A stretch of DNA of 64,000 nucleotides from Tubiluchus corallicola (Eukaryota > Animalia > Priapulida). The stretch spans positions 1 to 64,000 of the forward strand of contig JAQGDQ010001058.1 of NCBI GenBank assembly GCA_030141605.1, written 5' to 3'. Below the pieces are notes generated by a model. It was not told the DNA's origin, searched no databases, and was given only the letters and a program-made list of their open reading frames with translations. Shown piece by piece: positions 38,053-51,600 of the stretch (the first letter of the stretch is position 1; each line of letters starts with the position of its first letter). A program made the position numbers and the translations under genes.

Positions 38053-38582
38053 AGGAAGACAGGATGATTTTTCATATACACCCCATTTTCAAGTCCGATA
38101 AAAAGTATACATTTTAACACAATTAATATGGCAAAAGCTCTTTTCTAGATTAAAAACTTAATTAATGGTGGGCGAGACCAATTAGTGACGACATCAGAAA
38201 CTAACCTAATTTTCAACATCAAAAATATTTCACGAGCGTGTTGCACATGTTTGCAAAAGCAAAAATGACAGTACAGTGCTACTGTAGGATATTCAGTGTG
38301 TTATATTAAAATTATGCAAGTCTTAAGATAAAAATTCAAATTTACCACTGTGCTCAGGCATGAGCTGTCGAATGTGTGCAGTTTGTCACAACTAACACTT
38401 CTGAACTGAGAGGTACAGCACAGCGAATGTAGGCGCTAGTGACCGTCTAACTACTGAATGGCAAAATGCATATAATTCTTTCACACAAGTCATTTTGAAA
38501 AAATTGTGCTTCTTTTTAATATTTTAATATTTAAGAGTAGATTGTTTTGACTTACAGATTCAATATTGGGTCCTGTTTTGCT
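38053..38582. mobile_element. TTAA MITE family C
   Basis: TTAA flanks at both ends. Confidence 0.82.
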
Positions 38583-38859
38583 TTAACCGTATATTCAGGA
38601 CTGATTTTTTTTTCTTCACTTGCAAAGATTGAGGACAAGTGAACAGTATAGGTAGATACATCATTTTTTTGGAAACAGACTGTGTGGGAGTTTTTTGTTT
38701 CGAAAAATTTTAACAAGATATTTTTTGAGAGTGCAGTCAATTACTCACATTGGAAATCTGTAGAAATTAGAAAACTTTTTATATGTTAATTTCTTCATGA
38801 AATTTCTGACATGTTGATGAAAGACAAAAAGCTCTATGCACTAAAGTTTGAATCAGATT

Positions 38860-39480
38860 ACCTTTGAACTATTTGCAAGTGAAAGATTCAAAGTCAGCAT
38901 GCAGACCAATAAATGTATTTTTCAAAAGACCTGTAGATGTCCGTTTCTCTCCATTTAAAGATAAAATACCCACATTCTTACAGTCAGATGTTGTTTATAG
39001 ATTTCAGTATAGCAAATGTTATGTGCCCTGCAACGACACAACAACAGCATGATGCTTATTCCGAATAAAGTAAGAATATGTAAATATCTGCGTATTTCGT
39101 CCAGAACTGGCAAATACTCCCAAAGCTACAAATACTGGGACAATTAATAATTTTTTTAAAGTTCATCATGTGCCCCAACAAGCCTTCTCTTAAAGTTTAA
39201 AGTAGTCCTACTGCCTTAACTTTCTTTTCAAACACCAAGCAAGTTTTACTATAGAGGTATGTTTTTACTTTTTACTGCATATTCGGCTTCGATGTAAATA
39301 CATATTCATTACTATTATTAGTGATTTTGACGGTACAGTAGATTTTGCCTATAAAATTGGTTGCTGTTTGTGTACTCTTTTACAATGAAGACGACTGTTA
39401 GCCTCGGCAGTCAAAACACTTGACGTTTTTAATACTATATATTTTAAAGTTTTTTTTATAACACTACGAGTGAATGTATA
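38860..39480 (+). mobile_element. Penelope-like element relic (GIY-YIG region plus pLTR)
   Basis: FKDKIPTFLQSDVVYRFQ resembles the start of the PLE GIY-YIG domain. A downstream TGAAGA-CGACTG...CAGTC-AAAAC is a degenerate hammerhead-like motif. Confidence 0.6.
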
Positions 39481-40984
39481 AATTGACTTAGACTGACGCT
39501 TGTTACTTCACTAAACACATAATGTATTGATGAATGTTACAGGATAATTACAGTTTGTAAGGCTAACACTGTAAATAATTCCTGCAAAACTGTTGCAAAA
39601 CATAATACAAGTGTTCTTTTTGCACTAAAATCTGTGAAAAACTGCAAAACATCTCCGTAGTAAAATTCTAGCAATGAATGCATTGAATGTCGGCGCACCG
39701 AATTTTAAATTAAGAAGTTCGTTTTAGTTGTTTTTTCACGTGTTAACCAGGTTCTAGATACAAAATAGTTTCAATTAAATGGGAAAATGGTGTTTTTTCA
39801 TCCATTCGGAATTTCAGCAAAGTAGTAAACAACATCGAACCGTAAGTCACACTGGCATTTTAAAGTTTAAATAGAAAGCCATGAAATTCTAGCCAATTGT
39901 CAGTGTTTTGTGTCATGCGATTGTTTGTTCTCTGCTGTTATGATAATTAAATCTGGATCATAAATTTGCTATTTTTCAATTTCAAAAATTCTTGATTAAT
40001 GTATTGCAATTGTCAGGACAATTTACCTTGCCTTTTTTCTTTCTTCTTGCTATTCATATGCATTTCCATAGTCTCTTTAAGTCTTTATAGATATATGTTA
40101 TAACTTCCATAGAACAAAGAGTTGATAACTATTACTTCTCTTAAAGTTACTGATTTAAATTTCGTCTCACAGTGTTTTCGCCATGCATATCTGATAACCA
40201 TGATTAAATTTTTTTCTTGCAAATGTTTTTCTGAACATTAAAATATTCTCTTTGATATGATTTTGTTTTGGACCACGTTTAATTATGTTTAATGTTTGAC
40301 TATATTTAGGACTGGTTTTTGATTTTTGGTTTTTGCTGTTGTTGTACTTTGTTTTTTGTATTTATGGACGTTCGTGTATTTTTTAATTGTTGTGTTCTGC
40401 TGTCATTAGTGTCTTTTTGTTTACTTGTCAAGTTGTCATTGGTGGTTGACTCGCTAAGCTTTGGTTTTTCGCTACCCTTTCTCCCATGTTCATTTGTATT
40501 TTTGCATATTTTGTTGTTAAATTAATGTAAATTTATGGATAAAAATAAAAAATTACTTACTTGCTTACTTGAGACTCACTTCTCTTGATTTTCACTGTGG
40601 TTTGCCTCTCAGTTTCGAACATTTGAAGGTTTCTGCTTTTGTGCTCTTTAATTGAGATTTGTCTTGGTCAATTTACTTAGCTCTAAAACGTGTTCGTGTG
40701 ATTAGTATTATGCCTAAACTGTCTAGGCATAACTACGCCGTCTATGCTTAGCATGGTACAGTAAAGTGTAGTTAGTGTTTTTACTGCTAGTCCTGTTGGA
40801 GCTATGATCACTGTTTTAAGTTTAGTTTCTCTTATCAATATCACTTTCTCATTCAAAAATTTCTAAAGTTTAGTATTTCTGCCAGCACACGCACAATCTG
40901 ACCGCGAATCCGCAATGTGTTTGCCATATTTCAACCTGTGATTTGCAGTGTGATGTGATTATCGCAAGAGCAATAATCTTCAAA

Positions 40985-41100
40985 GCCGGCTAAAATGTCG
41001 GCTAACTCACCTCCCATCACTGAGCGGCTGGTGTGACTAAAGATGGGTTTTTATATCTGCTAGTTCGATATGGAGCTCAGCTGAAATGGCGCGGCTCTTG
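40985..41100. promoter_or_regulatory. Candidate bidirectional promoter region / FBXO28 non-coding first exon
   Basis: Locally GC/CpG-richer patch between the head-to-head FBXO28 and FCF1 genes. Strong - strand donor GAG|GTGAGT at 41010 and a YY1-like AAATGGCG at ~41084. Confidence 0.4.
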
Positions 41101-41204
41101 GGCTGTATTTATTTTGTTCTGTCTTCATACAGGGTGAACTGTGATTCTCCATTGATAGACCACTAGTAGCTTATAGAGTAAATTTCTGAGTCTCAAAAGC
41201 CAGA

Positions 41205-41290
41205 GTACCTGTGTGGTATAATGGCTAGCACAGTTGCTCGGAAAGCCAAAGGTCTTGGGTTTGAATTCAATGGAGGTGCAATCTTTTTTC
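41205..41290 (+). mobile_element. Degenerate tRNA-like SINE head
   Basis: A box TGGTATAATGG and B-box-like GGTTTGAATTC. Confidence 0.45.
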
Positions 41291-41380
41291 ATGCTTTCTA
41301 ATTTAGTATCACTTTTGTGCATTTATATGATTGTGTTCTTAGCTTGTAGCTGCAGGGTAGCCATACCTAAGATTACAGAA

Positions 41381-41784
41381 AATAAGCGTTTTCACAATTT
41401 CGTTGTGCATACGTGCACTTGCTGTAGGTCAAAGGTTAAGTGTGCCATAGACAGCGTGTCTTAGCTGCAACCGTCTTGTGACATGTGTGTAAAGCAAAGC
41501 TGTCTGCCTCACTTGTACTGTAATGCTGGATGTTTTTTACATAGACTTTTACTTAATTGTGCATTAATCTGTGTGTAGAGTGATAGTGATTTACTAGCAG
41601 GATCTTGCTTGGGAACAATTTAAAAATGAACGTGGTAAGGTTCTAGCTAGTTGTTAACACTGTTACTATTACAATAACATGGGTTGATGGGCTGCTGAGC
41701 ATTGTTAAGTGTGTTGTCTGGTACACTTGACTTTTCACCTTTTCTTGATCATCATCAGTCGCTGGAACTGTAAAATGGCTTAGT
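41381..41784. mobile_element. MITE family D
   Basis: Homology plus degenerate TIRs. Confidence 0.72.
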
Positions 41785-41870
41785 AAATGCAAACCCAGTA
41801 CAGTGTAAAGCAAATGAAAACCTACATACCTATATCTATACTCACTGTGGCTTACCTTGTAAAAATTTAA

Positions 41871-42483
41871 AGGAAGATAGGATGATTTTTCATATACTAC
41901 CCCACTTTCAAGTACGGTAAAAAGTATATATTTTGACCCAATTAAAACTGTAAAAGCGTCACTGATAATTAAAAACTTTATTAACGGCGGGCAAGCCCCA
42001 CTAGTGATGACATCACAAACTAACATAATTTTCAACAGCAAAAATACTCCTTGAGTTTGCTTGTTGCACATGTTTCCGAAAGCGAAAATTGAAGTACAGT
42101 ACTACTGTGAGATATTCAGTGAGTTGTACTAAAACACGGCAAGTTTTAAGATAAAAATTCTAATTTCAAATTTATGGTTGTGCTCGTGCATGAGCTATCG
42201 ACCGTGTGTAGTTCGTCACAAGCTAACGCATCTGAACTGAGAGGTACAGCGCCTGCTTTTTGTACAATGCGTTCCAAAGTGTAGGCGTTAGTGCCTATCT
42301 AACTAGCGAATGGCAATACGCATGTAACAGCGAAGAACTAGTGGCACGAACGCACAAGTGTTTGTGTAGCAATAATTCTTTCACGCAAGTCATTTCTGAA
42401 AAAAAATGTATGTTTCCTTTCAATGTTTTAGAGAGTAGATTGTTTTGATCTACAATTTTGGTTTATTTGGGTCCGGTTTTGCT
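41871..42483. mobile_element. TTAA MITE family C
   Basis: TTAA flanks at both ends. Confidence 0.85.
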
Positions 42484-42644
42484 TTAATATTAATGATTGT
42501 TTTGTTCCAGGCCTGTCAACTCTCTATGCCCGTGCATCAATTAAGAAGTCTCCCTTGTTGTGCTGCAATCATAGCATATTGTCCTTCACATTTTGATAGT
42601 CAACCGGATGAAAGTTGAATAAGCGAACGTTTTAATAATTAACA

Positions 42645-45600
42645 ATGGTAAGTCTGTCTTGATGTACAAGAAAGATGTTGAATTGAAGTATCAGAAAACT
42701 GCTTCCACTTTGAATATCCTATTACTTTCTAGGGCTGTAACAATACACCTAAGTCACGATACGACAAATGTCATGATACGATACGTATCACGATACACAT
42801 TGAAGTAACGTTTGCAGGCTTTAATAAAAGAACTAGATTAAGCTGTTAATATATTATATGTATATATTAGATTTATCAAACAATTTTAAAATTGGTAAGT
42901 GGTAAAATAATTCAGCAAATTGTTTGATTTCTGTTTATACTCTTGCATTATTTGCATTGTAAGCCACCAGAAATGCAAAGCTTCAATACGAAATGTACAT
43001 GTTAGTTTTGCAAATTATAGTAAGCACCTACCTTGGCTTTCATACAAAATTTGATTGCATTGAATGTTTTAATAGTTAAAAAATATATAACTTGTACGTG
43101 TACTATCCAAAAACTATTAGTTTGTCAACCGAATTTACATAAGAAGGTATGAGATACAGTGTCAAATAATCATCTCAACTTTCCTCATTGTTATATTTTA
43201 CGAATGCAAGTTTTCTTGTTCATTAAATTACTCAGACATTTATCTCATGCGTGGTGACTACTAAAAACTTGTCGGATACGTATTTCCTATAAAACAATTA
43301 TTATTATACACTCATATCTCGGTTTGCCGGACAAAAGTGGGGAGACGATTGTTGCCAAACCGTTCACAAGTTGCAACTTTACTCTCAAAGAGAAGTTGCC
43401 AAACCGTTCGCATGTTGCAACTTTACTCTCAGAGAGAAGTTGCACAAGAAGTTGCCAAACCGTTCGCATGTTGCAACTTTACTCTCAGAGAGAAGTTGTG
43501 CAAGAAGTTGCCAAACCGTTCACATGTTGCAACTTTACTCTCAGTGAGAAGTTGCACAAGAAGTTGCCAAACCGTTCGCATGTTGCAACTTTACTCTCAG
43601 AGAGAAGTTGTGCAAGAAGTTGCCAAACCGTTCACATGTTGCAACTTTACTCTCAGTGAGAAGTTGCCAAACTGTTCACATGTTGCAACTTTACTCTCAA
43701 AGAGAAGTTGCACAAGAAGTTGCCAAACCGTTCGCATGTTGCAACTTTACTCTCAGAGAGAAGCACAAAAAGTTGCCAAACTGTTCACATGTTGCAACTT
43801 TACTCTCAGAGAGAAGCACAAAAAGTTGCCAAACTGTTCACATGTTGCAACTTTACTCTCAAAGAGAAGTTGCACAAGAAGTTGCCAAACCGTTCGCATG
43901 TTGCAACTTTACTCTCAGAGAGAAGTTGCACAAGAAGTTGCCAAACCGTTCACATGTTGCAACTTTACTCTCAAAGAGAAGTTGCACAAGAAGTTGCCAA
44001 ACCGTTCGCATGTTGCAACTTTACTCTCAGAGAGAAGTTGCACAAGAAGTTGCCAAACCGTTCACATGTTGCAACTTTACTCTCAAAGAGAAGTTGCCAA
44101 ACCGTTCGCATGTTGCAACTTTACTCTCAGAGAGAAGTTGCACAAGAAGTTGCCAAACCGTTCACATGTTGCAACTTTACTCTCAGTGAGAAGTTGCCAA
44201 ACTGTTCACATGTTGCAACTTTACTCTCAGAGAGAAGTTGCACAAGAAGTTGCCAAACCGTTCACATGTTGCAACTTTACTCTCAAAGAGAAGTTGCACA
44301 AGTTGCCAAACCGTTCACATGTTGCAACTTTACTCTCAAAGAAGAAGTTGCCAAACCGTTCACATGTTGCAACTTTACTCTCAAAGAGAAGTTGCAGAAG
44401 TTGCCAAACCGTTCGCATGTTGCAACTTTACTCTCAGAGAAGTTGCACAAGTTGCCAAACCGTTCACATGTTGCAACTTTACTCTCAAAGAAAGTTGCCA
44501 AACCGTTCGCATGTTGCAACTTTACTCTCAAAGTTGAGTTGCCAAACCGTTCACATGTTGCAACTTTACTCTCAAGAGATTGCCAAACCGTTCCATGTTG
44601 CAACTTTACTCTCAGAAGAAGTTGCCAAGAAGTTGCCAAACCGTTCACATGTTGCAACTTTACTCTCAGAAAGTTGCACAAGAAGTTGCCAAACCGTTAC
44701 ATGTTGCAACTTTACTCTCAAAGAAAGTTGCACAAGAAGTTGCCAAACCGTTCACATGTTGCAACTTTACTCTCAAAGAGAAGTTGCCAAACAAGAAGTT
44801 GCCAAACCGTTCCATGTTGCAACTTTACTCTCAAAGAGAAGTTGCCAAACCGTTCCATGTTGCAACTTTACTCTCAAAGAGAAGTTGCCAAACCGTTCCA
44901 TGTTGCAACTTTACTCTCAAAGAGAAGTTGCCAAACCGTTCACATGTTGCAACTTTACTCTCAAAGAGAAGTTGCCAAACCGTTCACATGTTGCAACTTT
45001 ACTCTCAAAGAGAAGTTGCACAAGAAGTTGCCAAACCGTTCACATGTTGCAACTTTACTCTCAAAGAGAAGTTGCCAAACCGTTCGCATGTTGCAACTTT
45101 ACTCTCAGAGAGAAGTTGCACAAGAAGTTGCCAAACCGTTCACATGTTGCAACTTTACTCTCAGTGAGAAGTTGCCAAACTGTTCACATGTTGCAACTTT
45201 ACTCTCAGAGAGAAGTTGCACAAGAAGTTGCCAAACCGTTCACATGTTGCAACTTTACTCTCAAAGAGAAGTTGCACAAGAAGTTGCCAAACCGTTCACA
45301 TGTTGCAACTTTACTCTCAAAGAGAAGTTGCCAAACCGTTCGCATGTTGCAACTTTACTCTCAAAGAGAAGTTGCCAAACCGTTCGCATGTTGCAACTTT
45401 ACTCTCAAAGAGAAGTTGCAGTTGCCAAACCGTTCACATGTTGCAACTTTACTCTCAAGAGAAGAAGAAGTTGCCAAACCGTTCACATGTTGCAACTTTA
45501 CTCTCAAAGAGAAGTTGCCAAACCGTTCACATGTTGCAACTTTACTCTCAGAGAGAAGTTGCACAAGAAGTTGCCAAACCGTTCACATGTTGCAACTTTA

Positions 45601-48600
45601 CTCTCAAAGAGAAGTTGCACAAGAAGTTGCCAAACCGTTCACATGTTGCAACTTTACTCTCAGAGAGAAGTTGCACAAGAAGTTGCCAAACCGTTCACAT
45701 GTTGCAACTTTACTCTCAAAGAGAAGTTGCACAAGAAGTTGCCAAACCGTTCACATGTTGCAACTTTACTCTCAAAGAGAAGTTGCCAAACCGTTCGCAT
45801 GTTGCAACTTTACTCTCAGAGAGAAGTTGCACAAGAAGTTGCCAAACCGTTCACATGTTGCAACTTTACTCTCAGTGAGAAGTTGCCAAACTGTTCACAT
45901 GTTGCAACTTTACTCTCAGAGAGAAGTTGCACAAGAAGTTGCCAAACCGTTCACATGTTGCAACTTTACTCTCAAAGAGAAGTTGCACAAGAAGTTGCCA
46001 AACCGTTCACATGTTGCAACTTTACTCTCAAAGAGAAGTTGCCAAACCGTTCGCATGTTGCAACTTTACTCTCAAAGAGAAGTTGCCAAACCGTTCACAT
46101 GTTGCAACTTTACTCTCAAAGAGAAGTTGCCAAACCGTTCACATGTTGCAACTTTACTCTCAAAGAGAAGTTGCCAAACCGTTCACATGTTGCAACTTTA
46201 CTCTCAAAGAGAAGTTGCCAAACCGTTCACATGTTGCAACTTTACTCTCAGAGAGAAGTTGCACAAGAAGTTGCCAAACCGTTCACATGTTGCAACTTTA
46301 CTCTCAAAGAGAAGTTGCACAAGAAGTTGCCAAACCGTTCACATGTTGCAACTTTACTCTCAGAGAGAAGTTGCACAAGAAGTTGCCAAACCGTTCACAT
46401 GTTGCAACTTTACTCTCAAAGAGAAGTTGCACAAGAAGTTGCCAAACCGTTCACATGTTGCAACTTTACTCTCAAAGAGAAGTTGCCAAACCGTTCGCAT
46501 GTTGCAACTTTACTCTCAGAGAGAAGTTGCACAAGAAGTTGCCAAACCGTTCGCATGTTGCAACTTTACTCTCAGAGAGAAGTTGTGCAAGAAGTTGCCA
46601 AACCGTTCGCATGTTGCAACTTTACTCTCAGAGAGAAGTTGTGCAAGAAGTTGCCAAACCGTTCACAAGTTGCAACTTTACTCTCAAAGAGAAGTTGCCA
46701 AACCGTTCGCATGTTGCAACTTTACTCTCAGAGAGAAGTTGTGCAAGAAGTTGCCAAACCGTTCACATGTTGCAAGAGAACTCTCCACATGTGAATATAC
46801 CATGAAAGCTGCGTTTAACCTGTCAGGAGAAATTAATTGTTTACTGAATCAGTTTATAAATGTCTGCGGATGGCTTCTCCAGTTTTTAATAGTTTTTTCT
46901 CACGGTTCAGGGTAAAACGAAGAAAGTTGCAAAGTTTGCTCAAATGAAGAGAATGATAAGCCTTCGAGATAACAGAATGTAAGTTCTTTCTGTTTGTAAT
47001 TAGTAATATGTAGATGATGTATAATATTTGAAAATTTGGATATTTATGTTAATGATAGATTATTAGATAATGAAAACTTGGGATTTATGGATTTCAATGT
47101 TTGTGTTTTAATAGGCAAATTGAAAAGACAAAAACGTTAGAGGAAAATAGAATGGTTTTTTCATTTCCTACCCCATTTTGAAGTACGGTAAAAAGCATAC
47201 ATTTTAACATTGTAATAATGCCAGAGCTTTTATGATATTAAATGATAGGTTAAAATTTAACGAATGACGGGCGAGCCCAACTAGTCATCACAATTTAAAA
47301 TAATTTTCAGCTACACAAACATTCCGTGAGCTTGTTGTACGTGTTTGTAAAAGCGAAAATTGAAGTACAGTGCTACTGTACAACATTCAGTGTGTTATAC
47401 AAAAACTCGGCAAATTTTAAGTTTAAAAATCAAATTTCAAGTTTACAGTCATGTTTGCGCATTAGCTCTCAAATGTGTGTACTACATCACAACTGAACAC
47501 CTCTGAACTGAGAAGTACAGCACCTGTTTTTTGTGCATTTGAGATGCAGGCGCTAGTGTCCGTCTAACTACCGAATGGTGAAATGCATGTAACAGCAAAG
47601 AACTAGTGACACAAACTCAAAATTATGTTTTCGTGGTAATAATTCTTTCACGTAAGTCATTCTTGAAAAAATGGCATGTTCCCTTTCAATATTTTGTACA
47701 CTGGATTGTTTTGAGCTACAGTTTAAGACTGAGTCCGGTTTTACTTTAAAGTATGATCGTTGTTAGCCATGCTGTTTGACGAAAACAAAAAAGTGCAATG
47801 TATTGAACTCTTGCGCAATATAAGCAGCTAAACAGCTACGTCTTGTTATCAAGTTACAGAATCTTGTTCATTTATGTTTTTGTTTGTCGCAGAAAAAATA
47901 AAAAGGATAAATTTAAGAAGAAGAAGAAAAAGAAGTCTGACGGTTCCAACCTGACAATTCGTGAAGTGTAAGTTTCATCAGTTCCTGCTTTTTTAAAGTT
48001 TACTTATGTATTACACATAATCTTAATTGTTGGTTTGTTAATTAAGGATAGAATGTATCTAGGAATTATTGAATGTTTCAATTCAAATATGACTGAAAAA
48101 AGAAAAGGTTGAGAAATTGGAAGTGAGTTTGGATTTGAACCGATAACCTTTCACTTGCAACACCACATAGCTTTGGATCACCCAGTTCTTTGTGATCGAG
48201 ATAAGATCTGTTCGAATAGTACGAATTCTGTTTCTTAATGCTTTTGAATCTTCTAAAAGAAAATGTAGAGGGAGGACATTTAGTGGAGATGTCCTTAGTG
48301 AAACCCACTTCAGGTTCCCCTTTTAACAACAATATTAATAATTATTTCTTTATCTATGTAACATGCTGGGATTGTGGATGTCTGACAACCTATGGTAACT
48401 TCTTAGTTGTCGGTGCAAAGTATTTAAATTATTGAAGAATTTTCTTACCTATTAACCTCGGTAATCTGAACTTTAGAAACGAGTAAGAAGCAATTGTCTT
48501 TATATTAAAAGTGTTTTAAATCACTCAATTTTAGACTCAATCTCATTTTAATTTACTGTCCAAAATATAGTTTCTTGCCTAAAGGAGTTAGCAATTGTTT

Positions 48601-51600
48601 CTTATATTTGAATAATTAGCTTAGAAAGTTAATTAACGGCAACTAAACACAGCTATTGCTTACGTCGGAAACTAACCACAGTTTGTGCAAGTTTGCGTAC
48701 GCATCGAGCACGTTTGCATAAGTGCTACTGTTTGAGCACGTGATGTCACGAAAATGGGCTTCTGACGTCAGAAACTAACACTGCAGTTCATGGTCATGGT
48801 TATCACGGTACCGCCTTCTATTTGTCGGTCACGCAAATGTGACAAAAAGGCGCCATTGCCAATCTTAGTTGATTCACTGAGCCGCGCACAGCTTTGAAAG
48901 TTTGAGTATCCAAGGTCATCATTATTTAATCTAAGCTTTGATTTAAAAAAAAACTATTGTCGTTTCCAATATTTTAGAGCATTCTTTATTCTGAACTAAT
49001 GTTTACACTATCGTCCAGTTTTCCTTTAAAGAAAAGAACAAGTCACTCAGTATGTTGGGTTTATTTTACTGTTAGCCCTTAAACTTAGAAAAATATAACA
49101 AAAAAATTGCAAAGAACTGCCTATAAAGTATAATTAAAATATGCAACCTCTGAATAGAAATTTTCAGGCGTGGTGGTTGCCGCCATTCACTTGAAAATCA
49201 TGACGTAATTGGGAGATTTCGTGAGTTTTCGTAAGCGAGCACTGCTTAAACAAATTCAAACTTCTGCAGCTTACCTAATGTTCAGGCAAAAATATTACAA
49301 AATTAACTGTCTAGTTTTTTTGTAAGAATTTATTATACTTTTTACGAAGATTGACATTGCGCTACTATTCTTCAAGACGAATGACATCATTGGAAGAAAA
49401 ATTTTTATTGAAAATGGGGCACCAAACATGAAGTGATCGTGACTTTAAAGTGATTTTACATAGTGATTTTACACGAGGCACTTTTTGCAGTTTTATTACT
49501 AAATGCATCTAACTTTTTTCACAAACATTGAAATAAGCCTAATCTCCTAGAAGGCTTGACCTTTCCTTTAAAATTACCATTAAAATTTGTTGCTTTTCCC
49601 CTCTGAGTAGTTTAATACTAAAATGTTTACCTTTCCAAAATAATTTAGGCCTATTACAGACGTTTTACATGTTTTTACTTTACTTTTATTTTGTAATATT
49701 TTGATGAAAGTTAATACTAAATTATTGCAAACATGGTTACATTATCATTGCCTGTTTGACATTTCAGACCTCAGGCATCATCAGCGTTATTTTTCCAGTA
49801 CAACACGCAACTTGGTCCACCTTATCACGTGCTCATAGATACGAATTTCATCAACTTTGCACTGAAGAACAAATTGGACATCTGGCAGTCTATGCTTGAC
49901 TGTCTTTATGCTAAATGTAAGTGGTCAGTGTGGTACTGAAAATATTGTGATGACAGCAAAACCGGACCCAATCTTAAACTGCAGGTCAAAACAATCTACT
50001 ACTTAAAATATTGAAAGGAAATATACTGTTTTTTCAAAAATGACTTACGTGAAAGAATTGCTATCTTGCAAACACAATTTCACGTTCGCGCCACTAGTTC
50101 TTTGCTGTTACATGCATTTCGCCATTCTGAAGATAGACGGGCACTAGCGCCTGCATTTTGGAAACACACTGCTCAAAAAACAGGTACTGTACCTTTCAGT
50201 TCAGAGGTCTTAGTTTGTGACAATCTGCACATGTTCGATAGCTCATGCGTGAGTACAGCCGTAAATTTGAAATTTGAATTTTTATCTTAAAACATGCCTA
50301 GTATTAGTACAACACACTGAATATCTTACAGTATTTCTGTACTTCAATTTTCGCTTTCGCAAATCCGTGGAATATTTTTTGCTGTTGAAAATTATGTTGG
50401 CTTGTGATGTCATCAATAGTTGGGCTCGCCTGCTGTTAATTAAGTTTTTAATATATTATTTAATTGCCAGAATTGCATTTGCAGTATTAATTGTGTTAAA
50501 ATGTATACTTTCTATCGTACTTGAAAATGGGGTAGTGTGTGAAAAATCATCCTGTCTTCCTTTATCTGATTTACATCAAGAGAAGGAATGTAGTAGTTCA
50601 TTTGAATGTCATTTTATTTGATGCCTAAAATAATTTATTTTCCATCTTAAGTTTTACTGGAATGCAGGGACTGCTGAAGTTGATTACTTGTGGCTGCTCA
50701 AAGTTGAAAGTGTCTGATTGCTTTGAGAAAATCACTGAAAACTAGTTGCAGCTCAGAATTTTTTTGATCAACCGTGATAGAAGTTATATCATTAGTAGCC
50801 ATTTAAATATTAACCTCTTTTTAGATTACTGGTCTTGCCCGTTTTCATTTTTTCACCCAAACTTTTCTAGCCCTTTTCCAATTTCTCTTTTTTAATTACG
50901 CAAGCTAGCCCAGTAGACAATAAAGCACGTCTGCATAATGGCACTGTAATTTGACTGACACCCCTTGTTGAATAGTTATTGCTGAATAGTTGAGTTTGAC
51001 AGAGTGAAGTTTGACGTCGTCGAAATACGCATCAGTTTTTAGACTGACAGTTTTAGTTTGACATTTCATTCTGACTAAGCCGTACTATTCTGACTAAGCC
51101 ACACTATACGGCAACTAACGACTAAACACTGAGAAATACTGTTTTATAAATTATTATAAAAACACTTGTGGTGGTCTGACGTAAGCCACCTCTTCTTAGG
51201 TCTGTCATTTTTCTTCAATAACAGTGACAATTTTCAGGTAATTGTTTTTAGGGGTGAACATAGAACGTTCGAATTCGATTCGAACGAGTTTTTTTTATTA
51301 GAATTCAATTCGAACCTAAAATTATAGATTCAAACAATTCAGCACATGAACTGCATATGTTCTTTTGTCTTAGACCGTTTTAAACGTCACGCAATTAGCA
51401 CAATTTAGTAGTGATTTCTGTGCACAATTTTTAAACTACTTATTAATGGTTTTTGGCGGAACAAAATTGAGTAATATGCATGATCTTTGAAAGATTGCTT
51501 TTTACTAGGGGCTCGAAAACTTGTCCAAAAGACTTTCAAACTCAGTTTGAATTCGAAATACGTAAATTCGGTTTGATTCAAATTCGAAAGTCACAAATTC

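Noticed and set aside
39950-40570. Possible LINE relic with (TTAC)n tail
   Set aside because: Tail-like repeat is present but no recognisable protein motif, and the strand is ambiguous.
43337-46915. 1192-aa, 1028-aa and overlapping ORFs
   Set aside because: Translations of a stop-poor satellite, open in all three + frames, inside FCF1 intron 1.
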